DNA from: an uncultured Chloroflexia bacterium
Lineage (GTDB): Bacteria; Chloroflexota; Anaerolineae; Anaerolineales; E44-bin32
Assembly (NCBI GenBank): GCA_963789825.1
Contig: CAWBME010000006.1
Coordinates: 5,541 to 69,540, forward strand
Direction of reading: 5' to 3'
DNA length: 64,000 bases
Shown: one piece after another, positions 9,184 to 19,274 of the stretch
Layout: each line of letters opens with the position of its first letter
How positions within the stretch are numbered: position 1 is the stretch's first letter
Translations under genes and position numbers: made by a program
The notes under the pieces: generated by a model
What the model was told of the DNA's origin: nothing
What the model saw: the letters and a program-made list of their open reading frames with translations, nothing else
The model's database searches: none

Positions 9184-9389
9184 GGTTTGGAGTGCGGCCT
9201 CCTCCGCTTCGCTCCGGGGATTCTCAGCGAGCCTTCGAATCCCTCCCGCCAGCCCCCAGTGTCAATCAAACTAGGGAGAGCCGACTCGAGCTGCCTAACC
9301 CCTCAGACAACAGCATGATCGCATGGCCGCCATGACGAGCGGTGTGCGGCTACGCTGTCGGGGTGCGGTGCTCGGGTGCTGAGCAGGGG

Positions 9390-10688
9390 TCAGGTGGAGG
9401 CTGCGCTAGACTTGGCAATCAGCGCTGTTCGCATGGCGCGTAGCCCGAGTGAGAGCGCCAGGGCGATCCACAGGCACATCAAAGGGACGAGGGGCAGGTA
9501 GTAGCGCTGGAAGGCGAGCGGGACTGCGGCGAGCAGGCCAACCACCTGGGCCAGGGTGAGCAGAAGCAGCAGCGCCGCGTCTCGGCGGACCCCTGGCTGG
9601 GGGCTGGCTAGGCGGCGCAGCCCGAGGGCGATGCCCAGCAGAGCCAGCAGCAGCCTGGCCACTCCGCCAATAGGATCGCGCAGCAGACCCGTCAACGGAT
9701 GGGTGAGATAGGCTTGCTGTGCCGCAGCCAACGCCAGGTCGTAGTTGGCAGCCTCGCGCACCTGCGGGGATGAGACAAACACGGCCGCGACCAGGCCGGC
9801 GGCCCGCTCAGCCGGAGAGTGCAGCCCCTGCGAGCCGCCCAACGCGGCGAAGTCCGCGACCTGCTCGGTCACCAGCCGCCTGCGTTCGGCGGCCATCGCC
9901 GTCAAGGTGGCAACGGGTTGGCGCCAGGCAACCGGATTGAGGGCTACCCATACCCCGATCAGCACGGCACAGCAGGCGGCCAGACGCCGACCGGTGTGGC
10001 CGGCATGGCCGGGGCTCCATCCCGCACCGAGCAGGCCGACCGGGAGCAGCGGCAGCGTAGACTGCTTGGTGGCCAGGGCGAGCCCGAGGCACAATCCCGT
10101 CAACCATGGGAACCGGTCGCCCCAGAGCACGCCGACCACAACCAGGCTGACGGCGAGCACCAGCGCCCCTTCCGCCATGGACCGACGGCCGTGCAGCAAG
10201 ACCAGGGCATCCGTGGCGAGCAGCAATGCTGCCAACAACCCGGTCGACGTGCCGCCCAGCCGGCGTCCGGCGAGGAAGAGCGGGATCAGGCTCAGTGCGA
10301 CCAGCGCGGTGCTCGCCAGTCGGGCCGAGTGCAGCAGCCCGGCGGAAGGCACGGCACCCCGCTGCTGGTTCGCTTCCCACGAGGCGTGCCAATCCCAATC
10401 CGCCGGCAGCGCCTCGGCCAGATAGCCGGAAGCGCTGCGCCCAATCGCCAGAATGTATTTCGCCAGGGGAGCGTTGAGCAGCCGGTAGGACATCTCGGGC
10501 GTGATGGCTGCTCCGGTGTAGGACAGCGAGCCCGGATCGGACACAAACCGCTCAAGTTCCTCACTCTGCACGAGCCAGGACGTTTCGTCGGGATGGAACG
10601 GGAGGGTGTCAACTCCCAAGAATAGGAATGCCGCCAGCAGGGCGATGACCAGGCCGGCGACCCAGCGTGCCCCAGTTGGGGGCCTCAT
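9390..10688 (-). CDS. Polytopic membrane glycosyltransferase, GT-C fold (GT39/GT83 ArnT/PMT_2-like)
   Basis: 432-aa protein with ~10 TM helices. An acidic first-loop motif FHPDETSW follows TM1, as in polyprenyl-phosphate-sugar dependent GT-C enzymes. Confidence 0.75.
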   Translation of the reverse strand: MRPPTGARWVAGLVIALLAAFLFLGVDTLPFHPDETSWLVQSEELERFVSDPGSLSYTGAAITPEMSYRLLNAPLAKYILAIGRSASGYLAEALPADWDWHASWEANQQRGAVPSAGLLHSARLASTALVALSLIPLFLAGRRLGGTSTGLLAALLLATDALVLLHGRRSMAEGALVLAVSLVVVGVLWGDRFPWLTGLCLGLALATKQSTLPLLPVGLLGAGWSPGHAGHTGRRLAACCAVLIGVWVALNPVAWRQPVATLTAMAAERRRLVTEQVADFAALGGSQGLHSPAERAAGLVAAVFVSSPQVREAANYDLALAAAQQAYLTHPLTGLLRDPIGGVARLLLALLGIALGLRRLASPQPGVRRDAALLLLLTLAQVVGLLAAVPLAFQRYYLPLVPLMCLWIALALSLGLRAMRTALIAKSSAAST

Positions 10689-12210
10689 GGCGCGGCAGCC
10701 GCGCGGAAGATCAGCATGCCCTGACTGCCGTAGATGTCAGTGGGGATTTCGTCCACCAGTTCGTACGCAGCCAGGAAGCCCGGGTCCCGGAGCAGCGTGT
10801 TGCGGCCATACACTTCGAGCATCACCAGCCAGGTGGGGCGGAGGTCGAGGATCAAGTCCGTGGAAATGGCGTAGTTGATGACGTACGCCTCAGGTGGCAA
10901 CGGGTAGTAGCCGCTGGCTGCGGGCGTGATCAGCCCCACCGTGTCGAGCATGCGGGCCGAGGTGAAGTAGCCCAGCGCCCCGATGTCGCCCGCGGCCAGC
11001 ACATCGCCTTCGGCGAGCTGAGGCTTGAGGCGCTCGGCCACCTGCTGGTAGATCCCCTCCAAGGCGATGTAGGCCATGCGCGGCGCCGGCCGCCGGGGTC
11101 CGTGGTCAGGCGTCAGCGCCCAGCCGTTCAACAGGAGCAGCAAGGCCGGAACGCCGAAGGCGTACGCCAGGCGTGGATGCCTGAGGTCGCGGGCGACCCG
11201 CTCGACTCCGATGAAGATCCCCAGCAGGTACACGGGCAGCGGGGGGGCGAGGTACCAACGAAAGAGCAGCGGGTTGGCGATGGCATAGGCGAGAAAGAAG
11301 ACGGCCGGATAGGCGAGCATCGGCCAAGCCCCGAGATTGCGCCGCAAGACCGCGATCGAGCCGAGGAGGTACAGCGCTGGGTAGAGCACCAGGCCGACCC
11401 ACAGCCAAGCTGGGGCCGAACGCCAGGTGTTCCATGAAAGGCGTTCCGAAGTGCTGCAGCAGCCGAACGAAGGCTGCTTCGGACGGAAGCTGATAGGCAA
11501 CCGCCTTGGCGGCAATCGTCTGCGGCAGCGGGTTGCCATAGCTCGCCCAGCCAAAGGCGCCCCACAACGCTAGCGGGACGAGCGCAGCTGCGAGCTCTCT
11601 CCAGCGGATCGGCAGGGGTTCAGGATTCCAGCGGCCCACGGGAAGGCTGCGCCGAATTCGCTCGACGGCCAACGGAGCCAGGAACAGCAGGGCGTCGGGA
11701 CGCGTCAGCAGGCTCAGCGCGCCGAACAGCGCCGCACGGACCGGCCGCTCCGCCGAATGGAAGTAGAATGTCGCCAGCATGCAGGCGACAAACAGGCTGG
11801 TCTCCATGCCGCCGATGGCGAAGGTGACAGACCAGGGCGCGATGGCCCACGCCAGGGCGGCCAGCACGCCCGCCAACCCCCAACTCAGACGCCGGCCGAG
11901 CAGCACGAGCAGGGCGCAGTTCACTCCATCCAGCAGGGCGTTCAAGATGACGGCGATCTGGGGCAGGGTGACGCCCGCTAGGCCGGGGATCGGCGACGAC
12001 GCCGGCGAGCAGCAGCGCGAATGCCGGGGTGGTGGTGCCGAGCACGGCTTCCCCGGGGTTGTACACCAGCCCGTTGCCAGCGAGCAGGTTCTGCGCGTAA
12101 CGAAAGGTGATGTAGGCGTCATCGATGATGCGCGGGCCGGGTAGCAGGCGCAAACCGATGGCGAGCAGCCCAATCCACAGGGCAGGATGGCTGAGGATCC
12201 GCCGGGTCAT
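10685..12210 (-). CDS. Polytopic membrane protein, GT-C-like (DDAYI...YAQNL family), interrupted by two apparent +1 frameshifts
   Basis: Three ORF pieces (11620-12210, 11106-12173, 10685-11554) join colinearly: MTRRILSHPALWIGLL..IIDDAYITFRYAQNLLAGNG..TTTPAFALLLAG / SSPIPGLAGVTLPQIAVILNALLDG..HFGTPFMEH / WLWVGLVLYPALYLLG..GDIGALGYF... The shifts lie near 11995-12004 and 11405-11430. It is a paralog of the 22867-24354 gene. Confidence 0.72.
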
Positions 12211-13845
12211 ATGACGATTATACAGACGGACACCGCAACTGACCGATCAGGCGCTGGTCCCAGGCAGGTCGCAGTCCTGGCGCTCGGGCTGGCCGCAGTG
12301 GCCGTGGCCTTCAAGGTTCTCCTGCTGGCGCAGGCTGCGTTCCCGTTCAACGCCGACGAGGCGGTTGTGGCGCTGATGGCCCGGCATGTCCTTGACGGCA
12401 AGATCCCGGTGTTCTTCTACGGTCAGGCGTACATGGGAAGCCTGGATGCGTTGCTGGTGGCCGGAGCCTTCCGCCTGGTGGGCGAGTCGGTCGCCGCGAT
12501 CCGCAGCGTCCAGGCTGTCGTGTATGGAGCGACGGTCGCCACGGCGGTTCTGCTGGCATGGCGCATCCACCACAGGCTGTGGCTGGCTGGCGCTGCCGGC
12601 CTGTTGCTGGCGATCCCGTCGGTGAACACGACGCTGTACACGACCGTCTCGCTGGGGGGGTACGGCGAGGCGCTTCTGTTCGGCAATCTGCTTATGCTGG
12701 CGTCGTGGGAGGCCTGGCAGAATCCGCGGCGTCGGGGGACGTATCTTGCCTGGGGACTGCTTGCCGGGCTGGGGCTCTGGACCTTCGGTCTGGTGTTGGT
12801 GTTCGTCGCCCCGACGGCTGTGCTGCTTGCGGTCAGCCTGCGCAGGCTCACGTCCGCACAGGCCCTCCGACGAGCGTTGATGGGCCTGGCAGCCGGCATG
12901 CTCGGCTTGCTCCCTTGGCTGACCTGGACGGCCGTCAACGGGCCCGCGGCAGCTCTGCGCGAACTGGCCGGCAGTGCGATCGCCGGGGCGAGCCCGGCTG
13001 GTCTGCTTTCTGCGCTGGCTTACCGCGGCTTGAATCTGGCGCTGTTTGGGACGACCGTGATCGCCGGTGTCCGCCCGCCGTGGTCGGTCGAGTGGCTGAG
13101 CCCGTGGTTGCTCCCACTTGCCGTCGGATTCTGGCTCGCCGTCGCCGGCTTTGCCTTGGCGGCGCTTCGCCGGCGCGATGCCGCCCGCGCCGGGAGATGG
13201 ATGCTCGCCGGGGTTGTGGCGGCCACCTTGCTCGGCTTCGTCTTCACACCGTTCGGGGCGGATCCGTCTGGAAGGTACTTTCTGCCGCTGATCGTCCCCT
13301 TGGCGGTGTTTGCAGGCGAACTGATCAGCACCGTACGAGATCGCTATGGCGTCGCCTGGTCCGGAGCCTTGCTGGCGGGAGTGCTGCTGTTCCACCTCAG
13401 CGCCGCGATCCAGGTCGCTGCGACCCCATTTCCGGGATTCACCACGCAGTTCGATGCCGCAACCCGGATCGACCACAGCCGGGATCCCGAACTGGTTCGA
13501 TTCTTGCTCGAGCAGGGGGAAACTCGAGGCTACACCAACTACTGGGTGGCATACCCGCTTGCCTTTCGAAGTCGTGAGGAGCTGCTGTTTGTACCCGAGT
13601 TGCCCTATCACGCGGATTTGCGCTACACGCCACGCGACAATCGCTACCCGCCCTACGCCGAGGCCGTGGCGGCCGCGTCGCGGGTGGCCTACATCACCGC
13701 CGGACCGGGCCTGCTCGATGAGCGGCTGCGGGCCGGGTTCCGCCGGCTCGGCGTTGAGTGGCGGGAAGCGGCAGTCGGGGACTATCATGTCTTCTATGAC
13801 CTCAGCCAGCCGGTTCGCCCCCAGGCGCTGGATCTCTCGCCGTAG
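12211..13845 (+). CDS. Polytopic membrane glycosyltransferase, GT-C fold (ArnT/PMT_2-like)
   Basis: About 545-aa protein with many TM helices and the first-loop motif FPFNADEAVVALMARH. The ATG at 12211 abuts the divergent gene start (CATATG). The maximal ORF starts at 12187. Confidence 0.78.
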   Translation: MTIIQTDTATDRSGAGPRQVAVLALGLAAVAVAFKVLLLAQAAFPFNADEAVVALMARHVLDGKIPVFFYGQAYMGSLDALLVAGAFRLVGESVAAIRSVQAVVYGATVATAVLLAWRIHHRLWLAGAAGLLLAIPSVNTTLYTTVSLGGYGEALLFGNLLMLASWEAWQNPRRRGTYLAWGLLAGLGLWTFGLVLVFVAPTAVLLAVSLRRLTSAQALRRALMGLAAGMLGLLPWLTWTAVNGPAAALRELAGSAIAGASPAGLLSALAYRGLNLALFGTTVIAGVRPPWSVEWLSPWLLPLAVGFWLAVAGFALAALRRRDAARAGRWMLAGVVAATLLGFVFTPFGADPSGRYFLPLIVPLAVFAGELISTVRDRYGVAWSGALLAGVLLFHLSAAIQVAATPFPGFTTQFDAATRIDHSRDPELVRFLLEQGETRGYTNYWVAYPLAFRSREELLFVPELPYHADLRYTPRDNRYPPYAEAVAAASRVAYITAGPGLLDERLRAGFRRLGVEWREAAVGDYHVFYDLSQPVRPQALDLSP

Positions 13846-13878
13846 CTGCGCCGGTTCCCTCGCAGGGTGTGAGGCGCG

Positions 13879-15351
13879 ATGAGCTTCCGCACCCTCGTGT
13901 TTCTCCTAGTTACGCTAGCCGTGCTGCTGATGGCCGCCAGCAGCCCAGTTGTCGATAGCGACACTTGGTGGCACCTGCGCGCCGGGACGTGGATGCTGGA
14001 GCAGCGCCAGGTATTGCGCCAGGATCCATTCTCGACCACCCGTCTGGGTGAGCCATGGGTCTACCCAGGCTGGCTGGCGCAGATCTCGCTGGCTGCGGCC
14101 CACCTGATGGGCGGGCTGGCTGCGGTGCATCTGTGGACCGGCGCCATCCTGACGCTGACCTTCATCCTGGTGTGGATGACCATGGACGGACCGCTGCTGA
14201 TGCGCGCCTTCGTGCTCCTGCTGGCGGCGGCCACCTCGAGTGTCTTCTGGTCGGCACGGCCCCACATCTTCTCGCTGGCGCTCACAGCCGGAATGGTCCT
14301 GCTGCTCGAGCGTTTCGTGACGAAGCCCACGCGCTGGATCTGGTTGTCGGTGGGGCTGATGGCACTCTGGCCGAATCTGCACGGGGCATTTCCGACCGGG
14401 CTGTTGTTGATCGGCCTGTACTTGCTGTCCGTCCTGCTCGACATGGCGCTGGAGATCTGGAAGGGCGCCTGCCGCCCGGCGGAAGCGTGGCGGCGGGCGC
14501 GGCGACCGGTGCTGACCCTCGCTGCCTGCCTGCTGCTCGGTGCGCTTGCGCTTGGGCTCAATCCGCACGGCTTCGCCATGATCGGCTACGCTGGCAAGAC
14601 GCTCTCGATGGGCGTGCTGCGCGATTTCATCCAGGAGTGGCAATCGCCGGATTTCCACGACCCTCGCTCGCAGTTGTTTGTGCTGATGCTGATGCTGCTG
14701 CTGGCGGCGTTCGCCGCCACCGACCGCCGGCCCGCCACGCGCGAGGTGCTGCTTGTCACGACCTTCGCCGCGATGGCGTTCCTAGCCTGGCGCAACGTGG
14801 CGCTGTTCGCGGTCGTTGCTGCCCCGGTGCTTGCGCGTCACGCCGCCTCAGCCCTCGGCCGACTTCCGCCGCTCAGCCGGCGCAGCCGGGACCTTCCGCC
14901 GGACCTCGCTCGGCGGCTGAACTTGGGCCTGGCGGTAGGATGGGCTCTGGTGGCAGGGATCCTGCTCGTACGGTTCCTGCAGCCGGAGCGTCTCGAGCAA
15001 TCTGCGCTACGGGCGATGCCAGCTGCCGCAGTCCGGCGCATTCAGCAGGAAGAACTTCCCGGACCGCTGTTCAACAGCTACAACTGGGGCGCCTACATCC
15101 TCTGGTCGATGTATCCGGATTACCGGAGCTTTGTGGATGGACGCACCGACCTGTTCGATGATTCGATTCTGCAAGAGTACCTTCAGGCATGGCGTGGCGC
15201 GCCAGGTTGGGAGGCGCTGCTGGACGATTGGCAGATCCAGACGGTCCTGGTCGAGCCGCTGGCGCCGCTGGCTCTTCGCTTGGAGGCGGCAGGCTGGGAG
15301 AAGATGTTCACCGACGATCTGGCCGTCGTGTTCACCAGGCCGGAGGGTTGA
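13879..15351 (+). CDS. Polytopic membrane protein, probable GT-C-like glycosyltransferase (family unassigned)
   Basis: 490-aa protein with >10 TM helices, the motif DSDTWWHLRAG after TM1 and a C-terminal soluble domain. Function is inferred from architecture and neighbours. Confidence 0.65.
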   Translation: MSFRTLVFLLVTLAVLLMAASSPVVDSDTWWHLRAGTWMLEQRQVLRQDPFSTTRLGEPWVYPGWLAQISLAAAHLMGGLAAVHLWTGAILTLTFILVWMTMDGPLLMRAFVLLLAAATSSVFWSARPHIFSLALTAGMVLLLERFVTKPTRWIWLSVGLMALWPNLHGAFPTGLLLIGLYLLSVLLDMALEIWKGACRPAEAWRRARRPVLTLAACLLLGALALGLNPHGFAMIGYAGKTLSMGVLRDFIQEWQSPDFHDPRSQLFVLMLMLLLAAFAATDRRPATREVLLVTTFAAMAFLAWRNVALFAVVAAPVLARHAASALGRLPPLSRRSRDLPPDLARRLNLGLAVGWALVAGILLVRFLQPERLEQSALRAMPAAAVRRIQQEELPGPLFNSYNWGAYILWSMYPDYRSFVDGRTDLFDDSILQEYLQAWRGAPGWEALLDDWQIQTVLVEPLAPLALRLEAAGWEKMFTDDLAVVFTRPEG

Positions 15352-15422
15352 GCGGGGATGCCGGGCCCGGATGTGGAACAGGTGCTGCTGAGCCCGGAGC
15401 GGGTGTCGCAAGGAGCGCGACG

Positions 15423-16649
15423 GTGACCTCTTCGACTCGCCCCGGCTGGCTCGTCCCGCTGCTGGTGGCTGTTTCGATGGCCCTGATCGTCGGCCTGACC
15501 TTCGTCAACCACCAATTCGCCCAGGCCTCCCCCGGCGGCAACGACTTCCTCGCCCGCTGGAACGCGGCCAACATGTGGCTGAAGGAAGGATACAACCCGT
15601 ACGACCCTGCGGTGAGCCTGCGCTCGCAGACCTACATCTACGGCCGGGCAGCGGACCGCGCGGCCGGAGAGGACGTGGCGCACTTTGTCTACCCGTTGCC
15701 CTCGATGATCTTCTTCGGCCCGTTCGGTCTGCTGCCCTACGATCAGGCGCGTGCGTTGTGGATGACGGTGCTCGAGGTCGGCCTGGCTGTGCTGGCGGTG
15801 CTCGGGCTGGCTGCGGCGCGCTGGCGGGCGAACACGGCTTTGCTCATTGCCCTGCCGGTCTTCTCTGTGCTCTGGTATCACGGAGCGCGTGCCGTCATCG
15901 TCGGTCAGTTCGCCGTCATTGAGAGCCTGCTACTGGTCGGCGCGCTGGTGGCTATCCAGCGCGAGCGGGATCTGTTCGCCGGCGCACTGCTGGGGCTGTC
16001 GATCTGCAAACCGCAGATGTCCTTTCTGTTGATCCCCTTCGTGTTGCTGTGGAGTGTGAGCCGGAGGAGGTGGGGTGTGCCGGCGGCCTTCGCCGCCGTC
16101 TTCCTGGGCTCGATCGCCGTCTCCTTTGCTCTGATCCCCTCCTGGCTGATCGACTGGCTTCGGCAGATGTACGCCTACCCCAGCTACACCGCCCTCGGCT
16201 CGCCCATCGCGATATTCGCTGATGCACTGTTGGCCGATGGCCGCTGGCTGACCTGGCTGCTCTCCGGTGCACTCCTATTGGCGTTGCTCTGGGAGTGGCG
16301 CTCTTCGAGGGGCAGCGCCGACCCGGTGTTCCAGTGGACGGCTGCATTGACGTTGGCCATCACCAACCTCGTCGCCTTCCGCACTGCGACCACGCACTAC
16401 GTCGTTCTGCTGCCTGCGCTCTGTCTGGTGTTCGCCGAGTTGAGCCAGCGTTGGGGGCGGCAGGGAGTGCTGGCAACGGGAGTAACCCTGGTCGCGCTCG
16501 GCATCGGCTTGTGGGTGCTCTTCCTAGTCACCGTCGAGGGCAATCAGGAGAGTGCCTGGATGTACTTCCCTGTGCCGATTCTCTCGCTGCTTGGGCTGTG
16601 GTGGATCCGCTGGTGGGTGCAGCGCCGGGAACGCGCTGCCTTCGCCTAG
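15423..16649 (+). CDS. GT87/DUF2029-like membrane glycosyltransferase
   Basis: The GTG at 15423 gives VTSSTRPGWLVPLLVAVSMAL... The motif GGNDFLARWNAANMWLKEGYNPYD is typical of DUF2029/GT87 mannosyltransferase-like proteins. The maximal ORF starts at 15189 and overlaps the previous gene. Confidence 0.7.
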   Translation: MTSSTRPGWLVPLLVAVSMALIVGLTFVNHQFAQASPGGNDFLARWNAANMWLKEGYNPYDPAVSLRSQTYIYGRAADRAAGEDVAHFVYPLPSMIFFGPFGLLPYDQARALWMTVLEVGLAVLAVLGLAAARWRANTALLIALPVFSVLWYHGARAVIVGQFAVIESLLLVGALVAIQRERDLFAGALLGLSICKPQMSFLLIPFVLLWSVSRRRWGVPAAFAAVFLGSIAVSFALIPSWLIDWLRQMYAYPSYTALGSPIAIFADALLADGRWLTWLLSGALLLALLWEWRSSRGSADPVFQWTAALTLAITNLVAFRTATTHYVVLLPALCLVFAELSQRWGRQGVLATGVTLVALGIGLWVLFLVTVEGNQESAWMYFPVPILSLLGLWWIRWWVQRRERAAFA

Positions 16650-16667
16650 GCACACAGGGTCGCTGAC

Positions 16668-18195
16668 TTGCTGGCGCGCGCGTCTTCACGGGTCAATCGC
16701 TGGATGACCATCCTGGCGCATAGTCCGTGGCTTACCGGGCTGGCGCTGGTCCTGCTCGCCCTGCTCTTGCGCCTTCCGGCCCTTGCCGCACGGCCTGTCT
16801 GGTATGACGAAGCGTTCAGTGTGCTGCTCGCTGCCCGGCCTGTTGGCGATATCCTAGCTGGGACTGCCGCCGACACGATGCCCCCGGGCTACTACCTTGC
16901 ACTCCGTCTCTGGATGGCGGCCGGGCAGAGCATCGGCTTCCTGCGGGCGCTCAATGTGATCCTGGGCGTCGGGCTGGTCGGCCTGACGTTCGTGATGGCG
17001 CGGCGAATGCTTTGAAGCCCGCTCGGCGGCATGGGCGGCGCTTCTGGCGGCTGTTTCGCCGTTGTTCATCTATCACGCACAGGAACTGCGCATGTACTCC
17101 CTCCTGGCCTTGTCGCTCGGGGTCTATAGCTATGTGGTCTTTCGGGTGTTCGTGGCGCCGAGACGGCAGACGTCCTGGGGGTGGTGGGCCGGGCTGATCG
17201 CAGTCGGCGCGCTCGCCCTCTACACTCACAACCTGGCGGTCTTCTCGATCGTCGCACCGAACGTGTACCTTGTGGTGCGGCGGGCGTGGCGCGATCTGGC
17301 ACGGCTCCTGCTCGCCCAGGTCGGGATGGCGATTCTCTTCCTTCCGTGGCTTGTCGTCGTGCCAGGACAGGTGGCCAAGATTCAGGCCGCGTTCTGGACA
17401 CCGCGCCCGGGTGCACTAGAGATCGTCCAAGCGGTCGTCGGCTTCCACGCCGCTCTGCCGCTGCCCCCGTCGTGGATCCCGGTTGGAGTGACGGCCGCAG
17501 TGTTGGCCTTCGTCGGGACGCTGTATGCCGTGGTGCGGCAAGGCCGAGGCCAGACCGCCACCGGCTACTTGCTGGCGCTCGTCTTCGTCCCTCCAGGGTT
17601 GCTCTTTCTCGCTTCGTACTTCATGCGGCCGCTGTTCGTCCCGCGCGCGTTCTTGCTCTCCCTGCTGGCCTACCTGATCCTCGCCGGTTGGGTCATCGCC
17701 TCGGCCCGCCCTCGGCTCCTCGCGTGGACTGTGGCAGCGGCCTTTGGAATTGCGGCCGCCGTGGGACTGCCGGCGCAGTTTGCCCACGATACTTTTCCCC
17801 GGTCGCCGTTCGATCAAGCCGCATCCCACCTGGCCGCTTCCGGCGAGCCTGGCGACGTGGTTGTCCACGACAACAAGCTGAGCTTCTTTCCGATGCACAT
17901 CTACGCGCCGGATGTGCCTCAGGTCTTCCTGGCGGACGAGCCGGGCTCCCACAATGACACCCTGGCCGTTCCAACCCAACACGCCCTGAGGTTGTATCCG
18001 CTCCCTGGTGTCGAAGAAGCCGCCCAGGGAGCCCGACGCATTCGCTACGTCATCTTCGAGCGAGCACTCGAGGAGTACGCCGAGCGCCCCGAAGGTGAGC
18101 CCCCGGCGCTGACGTGGCTCCGGTCGAACGCCGTTCCCGGGGAAGCCGTGATGTTCAATGACCTGTGGATCTATGACTTCCTTCTGGCACCTTGA
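16668..18195 (+). CDS. Polytopic membrane glycosyltransferase, GT-C fold (PMT_2-like), one apparent +1 frameshift
   Basis: ORF 16668-17015 (..PALAARPVWYDEAFSVLLA..) and ORF 17062-18195 join when read through ~17000-17012: ..FVMARR / FEARSAAWAALLAAVSPLFIYHAQELRMYSLL.. This is a typical PMT_2 layout. Confidence 0.75.
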
Positions 18196-19274
18196 CACCC
18201 CTGTCGACCTGACACTGTTCGCCGCCGGCCGGCTGGTCTTCGGCCTGGCGGCGGCAGCCATCCACGTACCAGGGATTGTGGACGCCGAGCACTATCGACT
18301 CAACCAAGACGGGGTTGGCCTCCGGAGCGGGCATCCCTGACCCCTTCGCACGGGATTACCCGGCTGAGCCAGGCGGGATGGGTGGCGGTCCTTCTGTGCC
18401 TGGTGTGGCCTACCCGGACGCACGACAACTGCACCGCGTTCAGACAGCCTACTGGACTGAGAGCGCCGGGCAGCGGGACCTTCGTGACGACGTTGCTGCT
18501 ATTCCTTGGAGGTCTACAAGTCACCCATGCGACGCTCGGGGTCGTGCTCTCAACCGTCATCTTGGTTCTGGTCGTCGGTATCTTCCTTGGGGTGGGAGCC
18601 CTGAGGGACACGAACGATCGGAAGGCCGCGAGGGCTGTGGCTTCTGTACATGGAGACGGCGCCTGCCCGGCTGCGGTTCTTGATCTCCCAGGTCTCCGGT
18701 GCATGTCGATCCAGCCCTGCTGCCAGCAGGAGCGATGATGGCGCAATGGCTCGGCTGGCCCCCCGATCTCTTCCAGGCCAGCCGTCTCCTGTGCGTGCTG
18801 GGGATCGTGGCGTTGGCCGGAAGCGTCGTCATCGGCCCGGGGAGCCTCTACGCGCAGCGAGGTTACGCCCTTTGGGCCTTCTTCCGAAGGGAACGACTAC
18901 CAGGCAAGACAAATGCAACCGTCTGAGAGCGTCATGGATGCCACTAGGCTGAGCGCACTGCCTTCGGCCTGCCTCCATGGCGATGCCGTTCTGGAACGCC
19001 TGGTAGACCGCCGTGGCAGCGCCTCAGACACGCCGGGGCAAGGAGCGCAGCAGCTTGTGGGCCCAACTAGCGAGGCTGGCATCCAGACCGGTGTGCCCGG
19101 CGCCGCATGCGTCTGGTTCTCCAGCTTCGACTCGGAGATCGAGGAGTGCAGAGCCCTTGGCTCGATGCACCCTCCTGCTATGGACTGGGTGGCCGATGGC
19201 TTGACCGCGACAGAGGCGCATCCCTTCAGTGGCTTGTCGATGCTCCACGACGTACGCCAGGAGAGAGGGAGACC

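Noticed and set aside
9205-9260. tRNA-like T-loop sequence (CCTTCGAATCCC) suggesting a tRNA or tmRNA 3' end
   Set aside because: The bases flanking TTCGAAT (GAGCC / CCCTC) cannot form a T-stem. No acceptor, D or anticodon arms could be built. The only pairing is a GGGATTC/GAATCCC hairpin with a 13-nt loop.
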